Shown here: piece by piece, positions 8,657-16,586 of the stretch
How the letters are laid out: every line of letters begins with the position of its first letter
Numbering within the stretch: the first letter of the stretch is position 1
DNA from: a virus
Taxonomy: Duplodnaviria; Caudoviricetes
DNA length: 50,765 nt
Virus record (IMG/VR): IMGVR_UViG_3300032194_000056
Location: 1-50,765 of that record
Direction: 5' to 3' (one strand)
The notes under the pieces: model-generated
Databases searched by the model: none
Seen by the model: the letters and a program-made list of their open reading frames with translations, nothing else
Told to the model about the DNA's origin: nothing
Position numbers and translations under genes: made by a program

Positions 8657-10338
8657 TCGTTAGGAACATGAACAAGTTTCTGAATCTCTGGCAGATACAT
8701 CCATTCGATGTCACTCTTGCTCAAGGTGTTGACTGCATCTTCGATTGTCTCGACCAGCGGGTCTCCACCAAGATTAAAAGAAGTGTTAAACAGAATAGGG
8801 ACATCCGCAATCTTATCGAATGCGTCAATGAGATTGTAGTAGTGTTCATTCTGCTCTGGGGTGACGGTCTGGATTCTGCAAGTGTTATCAACGTGAATAA
8901 CAGAAGGAATCTTTTCCTCTACCCCATCGTGACATTTGACTGCATACATCATGTGAGGTGTCTCATCACGACCTGCTAGATCAAACCAGTCATGCACTTT
9001 CTCTTTCTTAATAGAGCAAGCAAATGGTCGGAACCATTCACGGTGCTTGACTGCATTGACATGATCTTTACCATCTTTGATAGTAGGATCAAACAGGATA
9101 GATCTGTTGCCCAATGCACGAGGACCACCTTCGGAACGACCCTGATAGATGGTTACAATGTTACCTTCACGAATTAGTTTAGCAACATCATCGTAAGAAG
9201 TGTCGGTGACTTCTAGACCCTCTAGATCTGCTTCATAAGTAGCGGGATCATATTGAGGACCATAGTAAACAGACTCTTGCTTACTGGGTTTCTCGGTTTC
9301 CTTCAGTTTGTTGTAGACATATTTAGCTCCACCAATAGAAGTACCGCCGTCATGCGAGATAGGTTCGCAGTAGATATTCAGATCAGGGAACTCCTTCCAA
9401 TACTTGTAGTTTGCAACGCAGTTGAGACCATAACCACCACAAATTACAATGTTCTTTTCACCAGTCAACTCGTGTGCTTTCCGAATCAACTGAACCATAC
9501 GGTCGGAAGTTTGTTCCTGAATCTTGTAAGCGAGATCTTTTTGAACATCCGTATACTCACCTTCCTTGTGATTCTTAACGTCCTCTTTGAGAATTTCATA
9601 ACGAGGAACATTGAGCATCGCAGCGTTAGGATAAGTAGGAATAATCAGATCTCGATTACCCCACTCGCCATTGAAGAATGATGGCAAGTCTTCATTAGGT
9701 TTGCCGTATGGAGCAAGACCCATGAGCTTGCCTGCCTCAATGGCAGGGAATCCACAGTATTGCGTTACCGCTTCATACATTTTGGTGTGACCAGGATATT
9801 CGGTGATGAAAATATTTTCATCTGCCTCTGTCATACCAATTGCTTGCTTGGTGCCGACATGCTTGAATACAGTGTCGAAGTCACCAGGATATGAAGCTTG
9901 GAAAATAGTTTCAAACTCATAACAGGTGTCTTGGATTTCACCAACTTGTAGGAAACTACCAGCACCATCAGCAATGACACACGCAGCAGACTCGAAACCA
10001 GAGTTGTAGAATCCACATGCAGCGTGCATCTCGTGGTGGATGGTATCGATTTCGTGAGTTTGGAACTCGAATCGTTTCCTAGCAAGCTTCCTGACCCATC
10101 CTTGATATGCATCCTCACCAGACCAATCTAGGACTGGACCATGACGGTGAGTATGGCAGATGACCAGGTGGTCGATGTGATCTACATAATCGAATACTTT
10201 TTGTAGACCGAGGAGAGGAGATCCATCGTACTTAAAGCGAGACAGTCGCTCCTCCTCCAGATAAAATACTACTTCACCATCGACGAGCAAAGTCGTACTC
10301 CCGTTGTGTCCACGGGCGACCGATACAATAACAGACAT
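8653..10338 (-). CDS. O-carbamoyltransferase (NodU/CmcH/TobZ family)
   Basis: Motifs EEERLSRFK, HHEMHA, DGAGS, GKLMGLAPYG, GGYGLNCVAN, RALGNRSIL, KHREWFRPFA and NTSFNLGGDP. Confidence 0.92.
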   Translation of the reverse strand: MSVIVSVARGHNGSTTLLVDGEVVFYLEEERLSRFKYDGSPLLGLQKVFDYVDHIDHLVICHTHRHGPVLDWSGEDAYQGWVRKLARKRFEFQTHEIDTIHHEMHAACGFYNSGFESAACVIADGAGSFLQVGEIQDTCYEFETIFQASYPGDFDTVFKHVGTKQAIGMTEADENIFITEYPGHTKMYEAVTQYCGFPAIEAGKLMGLAPYGKPNEDLPSFFNGEWGNRDLIIPTYPNAAMLNVPRYEILKEDVKNHKEGEYTDVQKDLAYKIQEQTSDRMVQLIRKAHELTGEKNIVICGGYGLNCVANYKYWKEFPDLNIYCEPISHDGGTSIGGAKYVYNKLKETEKPSKQESVYYGPQYDPATYEADLEGLEVTDTSYDDVAKLIREGNIVTIYQGRSEGGPRALGNRSILFDPTIKDGKDHVNAVKHREWFRPFACSIKKEKVHDWFDLAGRDETPHMMYAVKCHDGVEEKIPSVIHVDNTCRIQTVTPEQNEHYYNLIDAFDKIADVPILFNTSFNLGGDPLVETIEDAVNTLSKSDIEWMYLPEIQKLVHVPNE

Positions 10339-10350
10339 GATAACCTCAAA

Positions 10351-11502
10351 TTATACTTTTACGTTAGTCGAAAAACCTTTCTTACTAGGTTCTAATGCAG
10401 GAATCTTTACTCCATTGTTCGCTGCTTCCATCTCGATTGGACCCATACCAATTGCTTTTGGTGCAGACTTTGGTGCCTCTGGTGGACAAGTAGGACATCC
10501 TTCGGAAGGACCACCAAATGATTCTGGAAGAACGATGTCCATTTCTGGTTTGGTGTAATACTTGTTCATCATCTTATCAACAGACTTCATGATGACTTCT
10601 TCTACTTTGTCGTTCATCATCATGATACCATCGTTTACTCGGGAAGATTCTTCATCTGGAGTAATACGAATGGGGTCATACATTCTCAACCCTTCTCCCA
10701 TGTCAAGAACTTCTACCTTCTCATGATTCGGGTAAGAAACATTGACACCAAAAGTAGATCCCATTACAGCAACAACAGGTGTTCCCACCGAATATGCAAT
10801 ATGCTGACCAACAGAATCACATCCAAGAAACAGATCTGCTTCTTTAATAATTCCTGCCCATCCTCTGATAGGAACATTATTGCTTGCTGGGAAAGAGATG
10901 GTGTCTTTCAATCCTTCTTTCTCGAAGTCAAATCCAAACTCTGACATCAGGATAACAGAATACTTTTTCTGTAAACGTTTGATGATCGAAACTACATTAT
11001 TAAACTCAAAACTTCTACCAGAAGGATCGGTAATAATGTTACCAGCAGTTTGAACTCCTCTACCAAAAGGTTGGAAGACAACAGTCTTCTTCTTATTAGT
11101 CTTTTGTCTTACTTCTGCAACTACAAACTTTCCGTTTACTTGTTCTTCTTTGGAAAGTTTAATTGTTGGTTTGGGTAGTTCTCTAATTCCCTTTCCGTTA
11201 ATCTCGATGTCAAATGCTTGAGACAAACTACATTTTTGATTGTAGTATTCCCAGACTCTATATGGTTCTGGAGTCTTGACATCGGTATCGATGAGATAAT
11301 CTCGGAAGAGATTCTTGTGCCACGAATCATACACTTTGCCATAAAGTGTAGGATGACCTTTGAAGAAGTCTGTGCCTCCTTCGCAGATGATTAGGAAATC
11401 CTCGTCGGGATGTTCCTCTTGATATTTCTCAAAGGCAGGAATTGAACAAAGCACACGTCCAGCACCACCATTGACGAAAAATGATTTAGGTCTCATAGTC
11501 AA
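10351..11502 (-). CDS. GT9-like glycosyltransferase (ADP-heptose heptosyltransferase family)
   Basis: C-terminal ADLFLGCDSVGQHIAYSVGTPVVAVMGST matches the GT9 D-S-x3-H motif. N-terminal GGAGRVLCSIP. Low-complexity tail containing CPTCP. Confidence 0.72.
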   Translation of the reverse strand: MTMRPKSFFVNGGAGRVLCSIPAFEKYQEEHPDEDFLIICEGGTDFFKGHPTLYGKVYDSWHKNLFRDYLIDTDVKTPEPYRVWEYYNQKCSLSQAFDIEINGKGIRELPKPTIKLSKEEQVNGKFVVAEVRQKTNKKKTVVFQPFGRGVQTAGNIITDPSGRSFEFNNVVSIIKRLQKKYSVILMSEFGFDFEKEGLKDTISFPASNNVPIRGWAGIIKEADLFLGCDSVGQHIAYSVGTPVVAVMGSTFGVNVSYPNHEKVEVLDMGEGLRMYDPIRITPDEESSRVNDGIMMMNDKVEEVIMKSVDKMMNKYYTKPEMDIVLPESFGGPSEGCPTCPPEAPKSAPKAIGMGPIEMEAANNGVKIPALEPSKKGFSTNVKV

Positions 11503-11523
11503 TCACTAATGATTTAGATACTT

Positions 11524-11530
11524 TATTTAG
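11524..11530 (-). promoter_or_regulatory. Variant late promoter (CTAAATA) ahead of the GT9-carbamoyltransferase-heptose operon
   Basis: TAAATA core in the short intergenic region, about 22 nt upstream of the GT gene. Confidence 0.45.
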
Positions 11531-11547
11531 GTGAGATCTCGGGGCGG

Positions 11548-12117
11548 TTAAACGCACCAGGCAACCCAAGAATATCTTGTCCCTTTAATTACTGGAGTAA
11601 CTTCATGTGGATACAAGAATACTGATGGGAATGCTACTACCTCACCCTTCTTTAATTCTACTTTATATTCATTCCAAAAGGTCAGTTCGCCACCTTCATA
11701 ATCATCATTTAAAACTCCGATAATACTAGTGACTGGAATGCCACGTAGATTACCATCAAACATGTCATGAATATGATCGTGATGTGGTTTGATACTATCC
11801 CCTTCAGAATATTTGTTGAACTTGACATTTGAAGCTACAGACCAGAATAAATCCGAATTTGTATTTTCTGGTTGATGATATCTTTTATGATATGCTTCTA
11901 ATAAATTTTGGATTAATGGATATATTTTGCTTGAAGCTGTGTCGTCTTTCAATGTTTGAAAGTCTGCTTCTTCTACATCTTGTTTAAGACCAGCGTCATA
12001 CCACCTATGATCCTTCCATGGTCTCTTGTCAATACGAGCAATAATCTTATCGCATAAGTCGTCAGGAATTAGTTTGTATACGAATATGTGATCACGTAGA
12101 TCAGGATACTTAAGCAT
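11548..12117 (-). CDS. 2OG-Fe(II) oxygenase, prolyl-4-hydroxylase-like
   Basis: HHD (HxD), LNDDYEGGEL, FPSVFLYPHEVTPV and GTRYS (RxS) motifs. Confidence 0.9.
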   Translation of the reverse strand: MLKYPDLRDHIFVYKLIPDDLCDKIIARIDKRPWKDHRWYDAGLKQDVEEADFQTLKDDTASSKIYPLIQNLLEAYHKRYHQPENTNSDLFWSVASNVKFNKYSEGDSIKPHHDHIHDMFDGNLRGIPVTSIIGVLNDDYEGGELTFWNEYKVELKKGEVVAFPSVFLYPHEVTPVIKGTRYSWVAWCV

Positions 12118-12143
12118 AAAAAAAGAGGGTCCGAAGACCCTCT
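12118..12143 (-). terminator. Intrinsic terminator with cUUCGg tetraloop
   Basis: Minus strand AGAGGGTC-TTCG-GACCCTCT followed by a T-run that abuts the ATG at 12117. Confidence 0.85.
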
Positions 12144-12144
12144 C

Positions 12145-12153
12145 ATTATACCA
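12145..12153 (-). promoter_or_regulatory. Extended -10 promoter (TGgTATAAT) for the oxygenase
   Basis: Perfect TGnTATAAT immediately upstream of the hairpin. No good -35 element at 17-nt spacing. Confidence 0.5.
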
Positions 12154-12162
12154 TAAAACCGA

Positions 12163-12921
12163 TCACTCGCCGTCAGTTGCTTCGTCTAATAGAAGACCAT
12201 CTGGATCTTCGTTGTAATCATAGTCTTCAATGAGTTCTCTCATTGGGTTGTCGGGGAATCCGATCATGAAAGGCTCGACACCATCATACTTGGTGTAGAG
12301 GTTCTCCATTTCAGCAATGTATGCTTCTGCTGCAGTGATTTGATCAGCAGTCATGTTGCCACGGAGTTCTTCCAGTCTCAACTTGTCACCTGCTAGAGCA
12401 TTGTCTCTTGCTTCTACATGGAATTCCATGGTCATCCAAGGCTTGAACCAAGGGAATGGAGTGACCCAAGAATCAGATCCGAGATCATACATGATCTCAT
12501 CAACAGCGTAGGTGTGGTTAGGTTGCTGTGGATCTGGGCGCTTGTAGTAAACTTCACCAGCATTAGCATGACCAGCAGGGAATGCGTATTCCTTCTGGGG
12601 ATAACCTGTTGCTTCACCAGTGTCCTGACCGATTAGAATAGCTGCTAGAAGAAGATCAGTTGCATTCTCGTCGGGACGCAGAAGAACTGCTCTTTCGTCT
12701 TGACCAGCACGGGTGTTTGCCGTTTCAACATCAGCTTCTGGGCTTTTGGTTGGCATGTAGGACTGGTTTGCTAGAAGGGCACCTGTTGTGCCGTCTACAA
12801 ATACCCACAGGTACTTTGGACCTTTGTAGGTGAATGTTGCCGTAAGACCAAGATCACTAGTCTGCTTGGTATACTCGTCAGGCAAGTTATAAGTTACGGG
12901 TTTTGAAATATCTTTCGCCAT
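12163..12921 (-). CDS. Probable tail-fibre assembly chaperone-like protein
   Basis: 252 aa. The C-terminal EARDNALAGD...AEAYIAEMENL...FPDNP resembles the R-N-L-D...Y-L-L...P-P pattern of tail assembly chaperones. It lies directly after the adhesin-like genes. Confidence 0.5.
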   Translation of the reverse strand: MAKDISKPVTYNLPDEYTKQTSDLGLTATFTYKGPKYLWVFVDGTTGALLANQSYMPTKSPEADVETANTRAGQDERAVLLRPDENATDLLLAAILIGQDTGEATGYPQKEYAFPAGHANAGEVYYKRPDPQQPNHTYAVDEIMYDLGSDSWVTPFPWFKPWMTMEFHVEARDNALAGDKLRLEELRGNMTADQITAAEAYIAEMENLYTKYDGVEPFMIGFPDNPMRELIEDYDYNEDPDGLLLDEATDGE

Positions 12922-12963
12922 GGTAGTAATCTCGTTTTAAATCCTTGGTTGTCGTTGCTGTAT

Positions 12964-12971
12964 TATTTATA
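12964..12971 (-). promoter_or_regulatory. T4-type late promoter TATAAATA
   Basis: Exact match upstream of the 252-aa gene. Confidence 0.75.
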
Positions 12972-12981
12972 AACTATGGAA

Positions 12982-13893
12982 TCAATATCCTCTTTCGGAT
13001 TGCTTGTATGAAATCCGAACCATACCTGGGTTTCCATGCTGACCACGGCAGCAACCGCCACCATGTACCCAAGCAGAAGCACCACCAGTTCCAGGAACAT
13101 AGTTTTTGTGGGAGTTATCTCCTCCAGCGCCACCCCAACCAAGTTGGGTAGAAGCGTACATGTTGAGATACCAACCGCAACCTTGGCACTCACACTGAAT
13201 ACCAGGCAACCAACCACCCTTGCCGTTTACAAGACCACCAGGATAAGGAATCAACTGCTTGTTCCAGCAGTGGCGATCTTGACACCACATTTGACCAGCA
13301 CCTGGGTTGCCATATGCACCTCCGTCAGCGCCGTAGTATAGAGCACAAGGACCATTGCAGCAAACTCTACAAAGCGTTCCCCATGTGCAGCAGCACATGT
13401 AGCAGCAAGCACAACCACCGTAACCACCGTCAGCACAGAAGTTAGAAAGACCATATCCAGTGATGTATGTCTTACCACCTGGTTGTCCGCAAGAGGGACC
13501 CTGACGTGATCTACCGCCTTGACCTAGGTCGATACCATAAGAACATCCAGGAACTACATCAGTACCAGTTAGTTTCCTATATGCATAAGCACCAGAAGAA
13601 CCAGGAACACCACGAGTACAGCAGCAACCGTCGCCGCCGCCACCACCTGCACCCCAGATCTCAAAGATGACCTCGGTGGTGTTTGCAGGAACTTTCCAAT
13701 CAGGATAGTCATAAAAACTATAGTTACTAGTCCAGTCCTGACAACCAGCACCACATTGTGCGGTGATGTACATTGTGGTGTAATCTCTACCAGGATATGG
13801 TGGCAACTTGGTCACAGGATCAGCCGCTGCTAGACCCTTGATCGATTCAGTTGTGACAATCCCGAGGAGATCTCGTAAATTTGAGTTAGGCAT
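12982..13893 (-). CDS. Cys-rich glycine-rich domain protein 3 (putative adhesin/receptor-binding protein)
   Basis: WKVP...FEIWGAGGGGGDGCCC...SNFCADGG...GGGCCRGQHGNPGMVRISY; 25 Cys in 303 aa. Confidence 0.7.
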   Translation of the reverse strand: MPNSNLRDLLGIVTTESIKGLAAADPVTKLPPYPGRDYTTMYITAQCGAGCQDWTSNYSFYDYPDWKVPANTTEVIFEIWGAGGGGGDGCCCTRGVPGSSGAYAYRKLTGTDVVPGCSYGIDLGQGGRSRQGPSCGQPGGKTYITGYGLSNFCADGGYGGCACCYMCCCTWGTLCRVCCNGPCALYYGADGGAYGNPGAGQMWCQDRHCWNKQLIPYPGGLVNGKGGWLPGIQCECQGCGWYLNMYASTQLGWGGAGGDNSHKNYVPGTGGASAWVHGGGCCRGQHGNPGMVRISYKQSERGY

Positions 13894-13926
13894 CGGTACT
13901 TTTCCTTGTTATATGCTATTTAGATA

Positions 13927-14871
13927 TTAGTTACAGAAGTGGTATGCACAGTCGCGATTGACGCCAATCCAGCAAGAGCAATAGGTGATCTTAATGAATC
14001 CGCCCATACCTCTATGACCGTAGCAGCAACCACCACCACAAGAAGTAGCAGATGGACCACCGACGCCAGGCAAGGTCGCATTGCAGTTAGCATTGAATGC
14101 CCATGGTGTGGTTCCTTGACAGAAAGTAGATTGGTGAATGCAAGCATTACCTCTGTAGTTAGACATTAAGTGACCACCTTTATGGTCAATCAAACGTGGG
14201 GGATATGCAAGACCTGCCTTTGCCCAGCAGTTGTCAGATGTGTTATAGATTCTGAAGAATCCTGGGTGACCCTTGATATTCTCATCACCACCATATGCAT
14301 TAGGACCATCACTAGCGGGATCCCATCCACCACAACCAGCCCAGTAGATTCTGTCTTGACAACGGAATGTTGTATCCCAGAATGCATAGCAACATGTCTT
14401 ACCAGGTAGTCCACCTTCTGCACAGAAGTTAGATCCTAGAGCAGTTTGTGCATCGCCGTTCTTACCGCAGATGTAAGTCTTACATCCTTGGATACCACAA
14501 CAGCAAGAAGAACAACAAGTGGGTTCTGCTACCTTCAAGAAGTAACACCATCCACCTTGAATTTGTGGGTATTGCAGGGTTTTTCTAGAATATGCACCAG
14601 ATCCACCAGGAATACCTTGTTGGCAACAGCAACCGCCGCCACCAGAACCACCACCACCCCAAATCTCGAAGGTGATGGAAGTAGTACCACAAGGTACACA
14701 CCAAAACTCTTGGCAATAACTACGATAGGAGCTATCGCAGTTTAGGTTGCAGTAAGGTGCAAAGTTATACACCTTACCATCTCTGATTTTCTCGTAACTA
14801 CCGAATGTTCCTGCAGTTTGCAGGACGGTCGAGTCGAATTCCTTTCCCAGGAGACCTCGTAAATTTGCCAT
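13927..14871 (-). CDS. Cys-rich glycine-rich domain protein 2 (putative adhesin/receptor-binding protein)
   Basis: WCVP...FEIWGGGGSGGGGCCC...SNFCAEGG...GGGCCYGHRGMGGFIKITY; 32 Cys in 314 aa. Confidence 0.7.
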   Translation of the reverse strand: MANLRGLLGKEFDSTVLQTAGTFGSYEKIRDGKVYNFAPYCNLNCDSSYRSYCQEFWCVPCGTTSITFEIWGGGGSGGGGCCCQQGIPGGSGAYSRKTLQYPQIQGGWCYFLKVAEPTCCSSCCCGIQGCKTYICGKNGDAQTALGSNFCAEGGLPGKTCCYAFWDTTFRCQDRIYWAGCGGWDPASDGPNAYGGDENIKGHPGFFRIYNTSDNCWAKAGLAYPPRLIDHKGGHLMSNYRGNACIHQSTFCQGTTPWAFNANCNATLPGVGGPSATSCGGGCCYGHRGMGGFIKITYCSCWIGVNRDCAYHFCN

Positions 14872-14875
14872 TAGA

Positions 14876-15823
14876 TTATACCTTGCAATACCATGTGACT
14901 TTAACTAGACCTGCAGCACCTTCAGAGGAGCAGCAGCAACCGCCACCAAAGGTGTCGGAGGAGAATCCACCGTGACCAGGAGGACCGTTTCTGAAGCAAT
15001 CTCCAGACATACCACCATTCTGACCAGTTAACCAGAGAGTTTCTGTTCTACCACATGTTGCCATGCTATGGTGTCTCTGATGGTTGAATGTACCAAACTT
15101 ACCATCTTGATAAGGAGCAAATGCAGAGGAATGTTTCATCATACACCAGTTGCCACATTCCTGGCAGTCCATTTGGTTATAGGAACCAACGTTACCCCAG
15201 TATTCGCAACCAAACTCACAAGCAGCATCGCGAGCAGTTCTGTCTTCGCTGTACTGTCCACAGGAAGAAGCCTTATCACACTGCCATCTGCAATGTGGTT
15301 GACCAGTCTGCCAGTTCAGTCTGAAGCGACAACCCCATCTAGAGGAACCGCCACCGAAGCAGCAAGAGTAACCGTGGCATCCACCACAAGCACAGAAGTT
15401 AGAAAGACCAGGACCAACAACATATGATTTGCAACCATCGAAACCGCCGTTGCCTGGGTGTCTACAAGTAACAGAACCAGCGCAAAGACAGTAGCAGCAG
15501 TTATCTAACTGGCTGACGCCTTGAGCAGCAGCACAGATAGTCATTTTATTATACTGACCAGAGTGTGCAGCGACACCAGACATACAGCAGCAAGAACCGC
15601 CGCCGCCTCCGCCGCCGCCCCAGACTTCAAATACAACTTTACAGACACAACATGATGGGACGCACCATGTCATTTGCTGGTGTGCATAATCGTGGTTGCT
15701 GCTGTAGTTCCAGCAGTTATCACCACGCCACCAAATTTGGTGAGCATTCTGTGGACCGTAATATGTAGCAACTGGAATACCATCCGTTGTTGCTACATCC
15801 AATAAATCTCTTAAACTAGACAT
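14876..15823 (-). CDS. Cys-rich glycine-rich domain protein 1 (putative adhesin/receptor-binding protein)
   Basis: WCVP...FEVWGGGGGGGGSCCC...SNFCACGG...GGGCCCSSEGAAGLVKVTW; 35 Cys in 315 aa. GGAGG RBS upstream. Confidence 0.7.
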   Translation of the reverse strand: MSSLRDLLDVATTDGIPVATYYGPQNAHQIWWRGDNCWNYSSNHDYAHQQMTWCVPSCCVCKVVFEVWGGGGGGGGSCCCMSGVAAHSGQYNKMTICAAAQGVSQLDNCCYCLCAGSVTCRHPGNGGFDGCKSYVVGPGLSNFCACGGCHGYSCCFGGGSSRWGCRFRLNWQTGQPHCRWQCDKASSCGQYSEDRTARDAACEFGCEYWGNVGSYNQMDCQECGNWCMMKHSSAFAPYQDGKFGTFNHQRHHSMATCGRTETLWLTGQNGGMSGDCFRNGPPGHGGFSSDTFGGGCCCSSEGAAGLVKVTWYCKV

Positions 15824-15846
15824 TAGTCAATACCTCCCTAGTATTA

Positions 15847-16173
15847 TCAGTTAGAAAGGATCGACCAACCGTAAGAAGATCCAGTATAGATTAGCTCAAG
15901 TGATGCATTCTTAATATCGAAATCAAGGTCTTCCGCCAGGTTAGCAATTTTATTGCCATTTCTAGCGATAACTGCCTTGGTTGTTCCGCACTGACCAGCA
16001 GCATCAATCAGATTGATACGGTCACCCTGTGCAGGGTTTGCTGGCATTGTTAGTGTGAGTTCAGTGCCAGCAGTAGTATCAATCAGGAGAATTTCTCCTG
16101 ATAGAATATTATGATCTGCAGTAATAGCAACTGTTACTCTCTGTTCTGTTGGTGTTGATAGGTTGCGTCCCAT
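15847..16173 (-). CDS. Small fibre-associated structural protein
   Basis: 108 aa. LIDT...LTLTMP..P..GD.I..ID...LELIY...W is a beta domain commonly seen in phage fibres and is shared with the C-terminus of 20264-20722. ATAAATA at 16196-16202 upstream. Confidence 0.65.
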   Translation of the reverse strand: MGRNLSTPTEQRVTVAITADHNILSGEILLIDTTAGTELTLTMPANPAQGDRINLIDAAGQCGTTKAVIARNGNKIANLAEDLDFDIKNASLELIYTGSSYGWSILSN

Positions 16174-16201
16174 TGTTCTTAAAACTCCTTTGTATTATTT
16201 A

Positions 16202-16522
16202 TCAAGCCTCTTCTTCAACGCCATACGCCGAGACGCTGACGTTTGCAGTATCAGAGAGGACTACTAGGTTTTTAGTTGCTTGGAGCGCAATACCAGTTCT
16301 CTCCAGGATTCCGTATCCTGCAATTTCTGCATTGTATTCAATGTACTCTGCGCCAGATGGGGTGCCAGTAGCAGCAAGAGCAACACGAACGCTAACGGGT
16401 GTAGCGTTGGTGTTGACAATGTTAAAGTTTACGTATGCAACAGTTGCTGCAGGTACAGTGTAGACTGTGGTTAGGGTGTTTGCTGAAAGGGAAGCTTGTG
16501 TCCCCAGGATTCCAGAAGCCAT
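16202..16522 (-). CDS. Small virion structural protein
   Basis: 106 aa with the pattern TVYTVPA...VRVAL...YIEY...LERTGI. RBS AAGGAG and a late promoter upstream. Confidence 0.7.
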   Translation of the reverse strand: MASGILGTQASLSANTLTTVYTVPAATVAYVNFNIVNTNATPVSVRVALAATGTPSGAEYIEYNAEIAGYGILERTGIALQATKNLVVLSDTANVSVSAYGVEEEA

Positions 16523-16569
16523 TTTTTATTACTCCTTATGTGTGCCGAATGTCGTAGTTTATCTTGTAA

Positions 16570-16577
16570 TATTTATA
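16570..16577 (-). promoter_or_regulatory. T4-type late promoter TATAAATA
   Basis: Exact match in the intergenic region. Confidence 0.75.
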
Positions 16578-16586
16578 AAGAGGGGA

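Noticed and set aside
12982-15823. Cys-rich ORFs as RiPP precursors, metallothioneins or spurious frames
   Set aside because: They are about 300 aa with a shared folded-domain pattern, proper starts and late-promoter context, and no RiPP maturase is nearby.
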